Below the pieces are notes generated by a model that worked only from the letters and a program-made list of their open reading frames with translations, made no database searches and had not been told where the DNA came from. This document shows positions 35,201 through 46,300 of a stretch of DNA of 64,000 nucleotides, piece by piece (position 1 is the first letter of the stretch; each line of letters opens with the position of its first letter). Location: NCBI GenBank assembly GCA_946965045.2, contig OX337237.1, forward strand, positions 2,852,001-2,916,000. Direction: 5' to 3'. A program made the translations under genes and the position numbers. The DNA comes from Epithemia pelagica (Eukaryota > Protista > Bacillariophyta).

Positions 35201-37776
35201 GTCGAGGTATATTAAGGACCGGATTGCGAGCCTTGAAATGTTTCTTGAGGGTGTCGTGGTCAAAAGTAATGCTACCATTACGTGTAGTGTGCTTGAACGT
35301 ATCGGCAATAACATCTTCAGATTGCCAACCAAAGAATGGACGGAACTTCTTCCAGTCATACGCTTCCTGGTAACGACGGTGGACAGAGGCATGAAGTGTA
35401 GGATCATTACCTTCTGCGTCAGCATAGATAGAAAAGAAGGGTGCGTCGTCAGGTCCATGATCGTATGGGAGATCCAAAAGGAGATTGAGGTTACAAACAA
35501 CACGATCAGTGTACTCCCCATAGTTGTCATATGGATGGTTCGACATACTACCATCAGTCTTGACGTGTTTCCAATCAGGATCATTGTCAGAGGGTGTGGG
35601 AGAATACAAATGGTCCAGAACACCAGGATCCCATGTGTCGGGTGACGTGAAGATGATCTGAGGTAAGGTATTCATGTCATCGTCGCTGGGGATACCCAAG
35701 GAGTGGATGTAGGCTAACCCATCCTTGATGTGAAGGGGTATAGCACGACCATCAAGTGTAGTGATGCCTTGTTTACCATCAACTTTAACAGATTGGTCAT
35801 CAACAGCAAGTCCAAAATGCTCGAATTGACCAGGAGCATGGATAGATAAGCCCTTTCCATAATAAGCATATTCATTGAAGATACCGACACTAGGTCCATC
35901 ATTGGTCTCAAACTTTGCGGCACATGTGACGACAGGAAGTCCAGTAAGTTCATGGTTATAAATACCCACAATAGTGATATGGCGGCCAGTCTTAGAAAGG
36001 ATGCGCATGTCAGAACCAGCAAGTCCTCCATTAGCACCACGGTCAATCAATTGATTCCCTGGTAAAGTAGATTTCCTGGAAAACAAATAGCGTGGAAGAT
36101 GTCCTGCTTGTTTATGCATGTTGGCTTTGAAAGTAACCTTCTTTGCTCGCCTTGGACTTGGCGTTAGAAAGAACACTAGTCAGGTCAGTTGCCAGGTGAT
36201 TGATATCAGTCGTCATGGCTTGGTTGATAAATTGTGTAACCGGATCTGAATCATCTGGGTGCTCAGGGACTGCGCCAGGTGAGTCGTCATCAGATGCAAC
36301 TTGGTTGGGGTCAGGATCAGGTTCCGGATCAATGTTGAGGGCATGTGTTTGCACTTTCCTCGGTGTTGTTGATGAAGGTGCTTGAATCATCTTGTTATAC
36401 TCAATGATCAACTTGCGATCTTCTTCAGAAAGTTTGAACCATAGGTCACGCGGTAGACTAACCTTGGACGAAGAGGATGGAGATTCAGATGTCACTTTGG
36501 TGTTGTGGACATGATACTCCATATCATCTTGTGAGGTTATGTCAGCATCTGTATCTTGGCCATATAGTGATTCATGTTGTTTGACATGTCGACGGCGACT
36601 ATGAACAGATGACTGGGTTGCTTGATCATGGTCATAAGCTGCGTCTAAAAGGAGACGGAAGTATGATTGATAGCAAAGGGATTTTGCACCGGATTTGGTG
36701 TTCACCACATTATCCAAGATCTTGACTCGGCGGAGATCAGGTACCTTTTCTACAGCTTGCATGAGAAAGGTCATCCTGGTATGATCAGGGATGCGATCAG
36801 ATAACGTCACTAGATTGTCTAGCAGACGTAGCTGCTCTTGAAAGTGTAGAAGAAAGTGACGTGTTGTTCCGCGCCATGTGTCGTCAAGACGTAGATTGGA
36901 CATGCAGTTGGTTAAACGGAGGACTTCTCGTTTTGCTAGGTCGGATTCGGTATGCAAAGAGTGTAACTTCTGCAATACGGCATGTGCATCTTCATCATGT
37001 TCGTGTTCACGTACATAGGCTCGACCTTGGTCATTTTGAATGATACGGACAAGAACGGAGTAAAGAAATACTTGTTGCTCTTGAAAAAGTTCTTCGGCAT
37101 ACTCATCATCTTGGGGTGGTGTGTATTTGAAATTCAGAACGTTGGATAGGCCTTGGGCCTTAGCTGTAGTCTTGAATACACGCCAGAATGAATCGTAGTA
37201 TTGTTCATCCTTGAATACCTCGTACGCAGTCGCGTCGCGTTTAGTTCCCTTTCTGAATGCCGTAAGGTCTTGTTGAGACTGGGATGCGGCAGTAACTGTG
37301 CTGACAGATTTTGCAGATGACGGTGACTTCATTGGCGAGACTGGAACTTGGCTAGGTGGTCCCTTAGAGAAATCTGTGTTTATCCTCCAAGTGTTGAACT
37401 CTTTCCTCGTTAGGTTCATCCAGTCGCTATTGGATAGCTCGTCTTGAATTTCGTTGGTCTTGTATATGGCCCAATAAGCCAAGAGCTTGATCTGCTGTCT
37501 TGCGGGGCCTTGTAGATCATGTGTCTGTTTGTTGACCTTGTATTGGGTCAGTTCGTTCATGGATTCCTCGGTATTGGTTTGCATATACGAGATAACATGG
37601 GTAATGTTCTCAAAACCATGGTATTTCATCCACTTCATTAAGTAGTCGGCCCTTTCCTTGGTAAAGAATTGGCAGACAGTAAATATGATGTGGTCGAATA
37701 GGTCTGTGTTCGAGACATTGTCTTGGTTATCTTCTCCCTTAGGAGTCGTAGGTGTCTTGAGTGATTGAGGATCCAT
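32272..37776 (-). pseudogene. Copia gag-pol, broken (frameshifts, a stop, deletions including the RT YVDD region)
   Basis: Fragments 36112..37776, 35136..36176, 33660..35024, 32272..33534 align to the intact 43347..49034 protein; LTD-NNFKLK lacks ~50 aa containing YVDD; HRA-EATKQ lacks 11 aa. Confidence 0.9.
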
Positions 37777-38096
37777 GGTGTTATTTGGTTGGTTCGATGT
37801 TTATTTAATGTGCGGTATGATGTGGTTTATTTAATGTGTGATGTGATGTGAACCCGGATGTACCACGTGTGCCACGTATGTACCACGTATGTGATACCCG
37901 GATGTGTGTTGTGATGTGCGATTCCTGGAAATTTCCGTTGATTCCGACAAATTTTCGCCGAGTTTCAACAAATTTTCGCCGAATTTTTGCGATTTGGCGG
38001 GAATGTGTGGCGTGTTGTGCGACCAAGGGTACCCGGATGTGCGTTGAGTTTAAGTCTTGGAAAGGTTTTGAGAGGACGGGAGTTAACTATGAGTAA

Positions 38097-38876
38097 TTAA
38101 GCTTCGGTTTCCGATTCTCCACTCTCTGCCGAATAATCAGAGTCGTTTCCAGGCTCAGATGGGGCAGCACAAGCAACAGGAGAAGGGGTATTACCTTCAG
38201 CCAAGTGGTTCTCGGCCTCGGCACGCAAAGGGAAGATAGTTGCACGATGGTCCTCAATGGTATGGACCTCGTGGATGTAGGCAACGTAGTTATCTAGGCG
38301 TACAACGTTAGGAGGCAGAGGGCAAGTCGTCGTGTTCACGATGTAGATGGTATTGTAGTATCCAGTTGGGCGCTCGAAGGTTAGGAAGCGGAGGTGGACA
38401 GTACGGATAGGGTTGCCCGAGAGGGCGGCCAAGATGAGGCGATACCTCGGAGAGCGATGAAGTTGGTCGTTCAGACGTTCAATGTCTTCTTGGTCGACGA
38501 TGTGGGTCACCGATTGGAACTGGCGTTCGATCTGGGTCTCCCCACGGATGATCTCGGGATCGAAGGTCGAAGAAGTTGGTTGACGGAAGTACTTGATATG
38601 ATCAGCAATCAACCGGGTGGTACGACGGGATCGAGAAGGGACGAGCCGACGAGGCGGACTCGGGGGCCGAAGCAACGGCGCAGGGATCGGAGCGTGAGGC
38701 TGGGTTGGAGTCTCGAATGGGTTGCTGTTGGAACTGTCGACGGAGATGTTGACCGATGTGTTGGCTGCCTTCAGCGTCGGCACCAGTTCCCGCTGCACCA
38801 GGGTATCGGGCTGCCTGGAATGCAGGTTGGCTCGATAAATCTGTTGTACAGGAGTGATAAGCTCGTTAGTATCCAT
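38097..38876 (-). CDS. Extra 259-aa ORF of the copia element between 5' LTR and gag (unknown function)
   Basis: Same length and frame as 42273..43052 in copy 2 despite many substitutions. Confidence 0.7.
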   Translation of the reverse strand: MDTNELITPVQQIYRANLHSRQPDTLVQRELVPTLKAANTSVNISVDSSNSNPFETPTQPHAPIPAPLLRPPSPPRRLVPSRSRRTTRLIADHIKYFRQPTSSTFDPEIIRGETQIERQFQSVTHIVDQEDIERLNDQLHRSPRYRLILAALSGNPIRTVHLRFLTFERPTGYYNTIYIVNTTTCPLPPNVVRLDNYVAYIHEVHTIEDHRATIFPLRAEAENHLAEGNTPSPVACAAPSEPGNDSDYSAESGESETEA

Positions 38877-39696
38877 GAAACCACAAGGAAATAAGCTCTG
38901 AGACTGTTAATCTAGTAGAATTCTTTCAAACTCATGGGGGATAATGCTTGGTAGAGCAGACAATCAGGTAGGTCACCAACCGATAGTAGTATCTCCACGG
39001 GTCAGAGATACAACCAAGTCGTAGTCTATCAAAAGGATAGTCGGGACACAAAAGAGGATGTGATAAATGGTGATATTGTTAGATTGTGTGTTGATTACTA
39101 CGATAGGTCTACGTGAAATTTTCGGTCCTGCCAAGGGTCATGTGTCATAGGTTCTTGGCGGCAACAGGTTTGGAATAGTTGGAGTCGATTCATGTGATGT
39201 ATATGACGTGTATATGTGGACGGATAACATATACAGGGTCAACAGCTCTTGCTTTGGATTGGCATAGTTGTTTTCATGGCGCGCAGCTTGTTGACAATTT
39301 GGAGATTGTGGGAATGGAAATATGGTCTCGCGTGATTGTGTGTCGTGCTTGGGATACTTAGACCGTTGGGTCGGATAGATGCCAACAGCGCTCGGATGTC
39401 GCTTGGGCGCGCTCGATGATTTCGGGCGCGTAGGCTTAGGGCGTTAGTATAATGTCCGAGCAACGGCCAAATTTACGTCCGTTGTAATACCGCACGACCC
39501 AGTTTAGTCTTGAGAGTGAGTTCGTCAATCTATTCTCACTTTTCATGATTTGCGAAGAAATATAGGTCGATATAGCGCAAAGCTAGGGAACATAGCTCGG
39601 AGCCTAGATGGCATGATGCGATAGCACGAGGCTATGTGACATGGGGAATCGATGAGATGTAGAATCTAACCACCATAGACGGTGAGAATTCTAACA

Positions 39697-41000
39697 CCAT
39701 AGAGCTCTGTCAAAGTTCTTGCAAGGGGAACAACAAGGTCTCTCTTTGTCTCAGGACCTATATGACAGAGATAGCAATCTTCCCCTTCGTACTGATATCT
39801 ATCATCCTTCTTGTTGTTGAGGAAAACAAATTGGGAAAGAAGCTTCTCATCCTCCGATTCCAGCGCCTCGAGAAATGCTTTGCCCGTCAATTGCTGTAGC
39901 CGATTTTGGGGAGCCTTGGACTTCTGTTCTTGTAATTCATGATCCTGTATAGTTCCATCCTGCGTAATATCGTCTGGCTTAAGTGGACAATGGTCTCGCC
40001 AGGATGCCAAGAAGATCTCGCTTTCTTCCTGTTTTGCGTTGTCGCCAGAGAGAAGTTGACGTATCGTTGGATAAAGTGGATTGATGACGAACTGTTCAAG
40101 AGTCTGCCTGGGTCCAAACATGGTATAAAACTCTTTGCCTAGGTTCAGACCTGAATACGCCGAGAGACTTTCACAAAGATATGGATCCATGCCGTCACAA
40201 AATACAATTTGAACAATATACTCCCCCTGTGGCGAAACTCTTTTCCGGTACAAAGCTGTATAAAGCTCTTTCAAACACCACTTAGATTCGTGAAAGTATC
40301 TTGACAAAAATACAATGACAATCCGGCTCTTCCACAAGGCATGGCGAATCACATCTTCTTTGTCCAAATGGCCGAAGCCACGAGAATGCTCATTCACGGC
40401 TTCACAATCCACAAAGAACTTGTATCCGTAGAGCTCTGTCAAAGTTATTGCAAGGGGAACAACAAGGTCTCTCTTTGTGTCCGGACCTCTGTGACACAGA
40501 AAGCAGTCTTCCCCTTTATACTGATCTCGATCATCCTTCTTATTGTTGAGGAAAACAAATTTTGAAAGAAGATTTTCATCCTCCGATTCCAGCGCCTCGA
40601 GAAATGCTTTGCCCGTCAACCCTTGCAGCTGATTTTGGGGAGCCTCGGACTTGCCTTCTTCTAATGCATTATAGCTTGTGGGCGCTATGTTTATGGTCCA
40701 ACATCCAGAGAAGAGTTTGAAAAGTTTGATGATCTCAAATGAGTCGATTTTACTGGACGAATTCCAATCCCCATCAGTTGGAATATTTGAGTGAATATTA
40801 TTTTCTGTTTTGAATCTCTGTTCCGAACGCTTCAGAAGAACAATTTTCTCGGGAGCATCGGCGCGCCCGTTGAAAATTTCGTCTATTGATGGAATATCTA
40901 TGCTAACCTTATACCCGTAGACACAACAGAAAATAGTTCTACTCCTAGGAGTATAGTTATCAAATAGTGTACCTTTTTGGGAAGAGTGATACCAAAACAA
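39697..41000 (-). pseudogene. 5' part of the TIR-TIR-TM-LRR receptor (complete TIR1 plus start of TIR2)
   Basis: EDCFLCHRGPDTKRDLVVPLA...FLSRYFHESKWCLKELY, then a second EDCYLCHIGPETKRDLVVPLARTLTELYG that continues as YKFFVD at 31493; no in-frame ATG before the upstream stop, so the true start is unresolved. Confidence 0.85.
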
Positions 41001-42272
41001 GAGACTGTGAAGTGAACAACATCAGGGAAGATATCAACGACGCGAGCCGCAAGTCGATCCCTTAAAACGAACTATATCCGCAAGACAAGGGCACGCTGCC
41101 GATGGGGCGCGACGCAGACCCGCCATGGGCCATTCCGGCTGAGAACATGATTCCCATGGCCAAACCACGACCCAACTGCCAACCGAACGCCGATCCACCC
41201 CCGCCCATCGGTTGGAAACACATACAACGCACGGCGGCCACAACATGGACCATGGAATCTCTCCACGGTCTTCGAAAAAACAAACAAAACAAACAACGGC
41301 AGTTCTCACCCCTTTCAACCCGTCACCATGGTAAAACCCAGAGCCCGGAAAAAGCCAAAAACACGGAACCCAACGGATACCCCGACTCGCCGAACGTGCT
41401 ACGGAGTAAGGGCCCCAATCCCCCAAGCAGCCACCGATGCAGCAAACCAAACATGTTAGAATTCTCACCGTCTATGGTGGTTAGATTCTACATCTCATCG
41501 ATTCCCCATGTCACATAGCCTCGTGCTATCGCATCATGCCATCTAGCTTCGAGCTATGTTCCCTAGCTTCGCGCTATATCGACCTATATTTCTTCGCAAA
41601 TCATGAAAAGTGAGAATAGATTGACGAACTCACTCTCAAGACTAAACTGGGTCGTGCGGTATTACAACGGACATAAATTTGGCCGTTGCTCGGACATTAT
41701 ACTAACGCCCTAAGCGTACGCGCCCGAAATCATCGAGCGCGCCCAAGCGACATCCGAGCGCTATCGGCATCTATCCGATCCAACGGTCTAAGTATCCCAA
41801 GCACGACACACAATCACGCGAGACCATATTTCCATTCCCACAATCTCCAAATTGTCAACAAGCTGCGCGCCATGAAAACAACTATGCCAACCTAAAGCAA
41901 GAGCTGTTGACCCTGTATATGTTATCCGCCCACATATACATGTCATATACATCACATGAATCGACTCCAACTATTCCAAACCTGTTGCCGCCAAGAACAT
42001 ATGACACATGACCCTTGGCAGGACCGAAAATTTCACGTAGACCTATCGTAGTAATCAACACACAATCTAACAATATCACCATTTATCACATCCTCTTTTG
42101 TGTCCCGACTATCCTTCTGATAGACTTCGACTTGCTTGCTTCTCTGACCCTGAGAAGCTTGTATCGGTTGGTGACCTACCTGATTGTCTGCTCTACCGAG
42201 CATCAATGTCCCTACGATTCAGAAAGAATTGTAACAGATTAACAGTCTCAAAGCTTATTTCCTTGTGGTTTC

Positions 42273-43052
42273 ATGGATACTAACAAGATTATCACTCCTG
42301 TACGACAGATCTATCGAGCCAACCTGCATCCCGGGCAGCCCGATACCCTGGTGCAGCAGGAACTGGTGCCGACGCCGAAGGCAGCCAACACATCGGTCAA
42401 CATCTCCGTCGACAGTTCCAACAGCAACCCATTCGAGACTCCAACCCAGCCTCACGCTCCGATCCCTGCGCCGTTGCTTCGGCCCCCGAGTCCGCCTCGT
42501 CGGCTCGTCCCTTCTCGATCCCGTCGTACCACCCGGTTGATTGCTGATCATATCAAGTACTTCCGCCAACCAACTTGTTCGACCTTCGATCCCGAGATCA
42601 TCCGTGGGGAGACCCAGATCGAACGCCAGTTCCAATCGGTGACCCACATCGTCGACCAAGAAGACATTGACCGTCTGAACGACCAACTTCATCGCTCTCC
42701 GAGGCGTCGCCTCATCTTTGCCGCCCTCTCGGGCAACCCTATCCGTACTGTCCACCTCCGCTTCCTAACCTTCGAGCGCCCAACTGGATACTACAATACC
42801 ATCTACGTCGTGAACGCGACGACTTGCCCTTTGCCTCCTAACGTTGTACGCCTAGATAACTACGTTGCCTACATCCACGAGGTCCATACCATCGAGGACC
42901 ATCGTGCAACTATCTACCCTTTGCGTACCGAGGTCGAGAATCACCTGGCTGAAGGTGATACCCCTTCTTCTGTTGCTTGTGCTGCCCCATCTGAGCCTGG
43001 AAGCGACTCTGATCATTCGGAAGAGGGTGAGGATTCGGAGACCGAAGCTTAA
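42273..43052 (+). CDS. Extra 259-aa ORF of the copia element (unknown function)
   Basis: ATG ORF in sense orientation upstream of gag, Pro-rich middle and acidic tail; conserved in copy 1. Confidence 0.7.
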   Translation: MDTNKIITPVRQIYRANLHPGQPDTLVQQELVPTPKAANTSVNISVDSSNSNPFETPTQPHAPIPAPLLRPPSPPRRLVPSRSRRTTRLIADHIKYFRQPTCSTFDPEIIRGETQIERQFQSVTHIVDQEDIDRLNDQLHRSPRRRLIFAALSGNPIRTVHLRFLTFERPTGYYNTIYVVNATTCPLPPNVVRLDNYVAYIHEVHTIEDHRATIYPLRTEVENHLAEGDTPSSVACAAPSEPGSDSDHSEEGEDSETEA

Positions 43053-43346
43053 TTACTCATAGTTAACTCCCGTCCTCTCAAAACCTTTCCAAGACTTAAA
43101 CTCAACGCACATCCACACATTCCCGTCAAATCGCAAAAATTCGGCGAAAATTTGTTGAAACTCGGCGAAAATTTGTCGGAATCAACGGAAATTTCCAGGA
43201 GTCGCACATCACAACACACATCCGGGTATCACATACGTGGTACATACGTGGCACACGTGGTACATCCGGGTTCACATCACATCACACATTAAATAAACCA
43301 CATCACACCGCACATTAAATAAACATCGAACCAACCAAATAACACC

Positions 43347-46300
43347 ATGGATCCTCAATCACCCAAGACACCTACGACTCCTAAGGGAGAAGATAACCAA
43401 GACAATGTCTCGGACACAGACCTATTCGACCACATCATATTTACTGTCTGCCAATTCTTTACCAAGGAAAGGGCCGACTACTTAATGAAGTGGATGAAAT
43501 ACCATGGTTTTGAGAACATTACCCATGTTATCTCGTATATGCAAACTAATACCGAGGAATCCATGAAGGAACTGACACAATACAAGGTCAACAAACAGAC
43601 ACATGATCTACAAGGCCCCACAAGACAGCAGATCAAGCTCTTGGCTTATTGGGCCACATACAAGACCAATGAAATTCAAGACGAGCTATCCAATAGCGAC
43701 TGGATGAACCTAACGAGGAAAGAGTTCAACACTTGGAGGATCAACACAGATTTCTCTAAGGGACCACCTAGCCAAGTCCCAGTCTCGCCAATGAAGTCAC
43801 CGTCATCTGTGAAATCTGTCAGCACAGTTACTGCCGCATCCCAATCTCAACAAGACCTTACAGCATTCAGAAAGGGAACTAAGCGCGACGCAACTGCATA
43901 TGAGGTATTCAAGGATGAACGATACTACGATTCATTCTGGCGTGTATTCAAGACTACAGCTAAGGCTCAAGGCCTATCCAACGTTCTGAATTTCAAATAC
44001 ACACCACCCCATGATGATGAGTATGCCGAAGAACTTTTTCAAGAGCAACAAGTATTTCTTTACTCCGTTCTTGTCCGTATCATTCAGACTGACCAAGGTC
44101 GAGCCTATGTACGTGAACATGAACATGATGAAGATGCGCGTGCCGTATTGCAGAAGTTACACTCTTTGCATACCGAATCCGACCTAGCAAAGCGAGAAGT
44201 CCTCCGCTTAACCAACTACATTTCCAATCTACGTCTTGACGACACATGGCGCGGAACAACACGTCAATTTCTTCTACACTTTCAAGAGCAGCTACGTTTG
44301 CTAGACAATTTAGTGACATTGTCTGATCGCATCCCTGATCATACCAGGATGACCTTCCTCATGCAAGCTGTAGAAAAGGTACCTGATCTCCGCCGAGTCA
44401 AGATCTTGGATAATGTGGTGAACACCAAATCCGGTGCAAAATCCCTTTGCTATCAATCATACTTCCGTCTCCTTCTAGACGCAGCTTATGACCATGATCA
44501 AGCAACCCAGTCATCTGTTCATAGTCGCCGTCGACATGTCAAACAACATGAATCACTATATGGCCAAGATACAGATGCTGACATAACCTCACAAGATGAT
44601 ATGGAGTATCATGTCCACAACACCAAAGCGACATCTGAATCTCCATCCTCTTCGTCCAAGGTTAGTCTACCGCGTGACCTATGGTTCAAACTTTCTGAAG
44701 AAGATCGCAAGTTGATCATTGAGTATAACAAGATGATTCAAGCACCTTCATCAACAACACCGAGGAAAGTGCAAACACATGCCCTCGACATTGATCCGGA
44801 ACCTGATCCTGACCCCAACCAAGTTGCATCTGATGACGACTCACCTGGCGTAGTCCCTGAGCATTCAGATGATTCAGATCCGGTTACACAATTTATCAAC
44901 CAAGCCATGACGACTGATATCAATCACCCGGCAACTGACCTGACTAGTGTTCTTTCTAACGCCAAGTCCAAGACGAGCAAGAAGGTTACTTTCAAAGCCA
45001 ACATGCATAAACAAGCAGGACATGTTCCACGCTATCTGTTTTCCAGGAAATCTACTTTACCAGGGAATCAATTGATTGACCGTGGTGCTAATGGGGGACT
45101 TGCTGGTTCTGACATGCGCATCCTTTCTAAGACTGGCCGCCATATCACTATTGTGGGTATTGATAACCATGAACTTACTGGACTTCCTGTCGTCACATGT
45201 GCCGCAAAGTTTGAGACCAATGATGGACCTATTGTCGGCATCTTCAATGAATATGCTTATTATGGGAAGGGCTTATCTATCCATGCTCCTGGTCAATTCG
45301 AGCATTTCGGACTTGCTGTTGATGAACGATCTGTTAAAGTTGATGGTAAACAACGCATCACTACACTTGATGGTCGTGCCATACCCCTTCACATCAAGGA
45401 TGGGTTAGCCTACGTCCACTCCTTGGGTATCCCCAGCGACGATGACATGGATACCTTACCTCAGATCATCTTCACGTCACCCGACACATGGGATCCTGGT
45501 GTTCTGGACCATTCGTATTCTCCCACACCCTCTGACAATGATCCTGATTGGAAACACGTCAAGACTGATGGTAGTATGTCGAACCATCCATATGACAACT
45601 ATGGGGAGTACACTGATCGTGTTGTTTGTAACCTCAATCTCCTTTTGGATCTCCCATACGATCATGGACCTGACGACGCACCCTTCTTTTCTATCTATGC
45701 TGACGCAGAAGGTAATGATCCTACACTTCATGCCTCTGTCCACCGTCGTTACCAGGAAGCGTATGACTGGAAGAAGTTCCGTCCATTCTTTGGTTGGCAA
45801 TCTGAAGATGTTATTGCCGATACGTTCAAGCACACTACACGTAATGGTAGCATTACTTTTGACCACGACACCCTCAAGAAACATTTCAAGGCTCGCAATC
45901 CGGTCCTTAATATACCTCGACGCCATGAACCCGTTGCTACTGACTCGGTTTTCTCCGACACCCCTGCTGTTGACCATGGCGGTAAAGTCGCACAAATCTT
46001 TGTTGGTCGAGATACTCTGGTTACTGATATCTATGGGATCAAGTCAACCAAACAGTTTGTCAATACTCTTCAGGACAACATCCGGTTTCGTGGTGCCATG
46101 GAGACTCTTATCAGTGATGGTGGTTCATCTCTCATATCTCAAAAGGTTAAAGACATTCTTCGCACTTTGCTTATTGGGGAGTATCGATCCGAACCTTATC
46201 ATCAACACCAGAATAAGGCTGAAAACCGTTACCAGACCGTTAAACGTATGACCAACGCTCTCATGAATGCCACTGGTTGCCCTGCCAACACCTGGCTTCT

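Larger units (their letters stand above)
31494..39696 (-). mobile_element. CoDi-type Ty1/copia LTR retrotransposon, copy 1 (defective), inserted in the receptor gene
   Basis: 784-bp LTRs 31494..32277 and 38913..39696 (8 substitutions counted); 5-bp TSD CCATA at 31489-31493 and 39697-39701; gag-PR-IN-RT-RH order. Confidence 0.95.
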
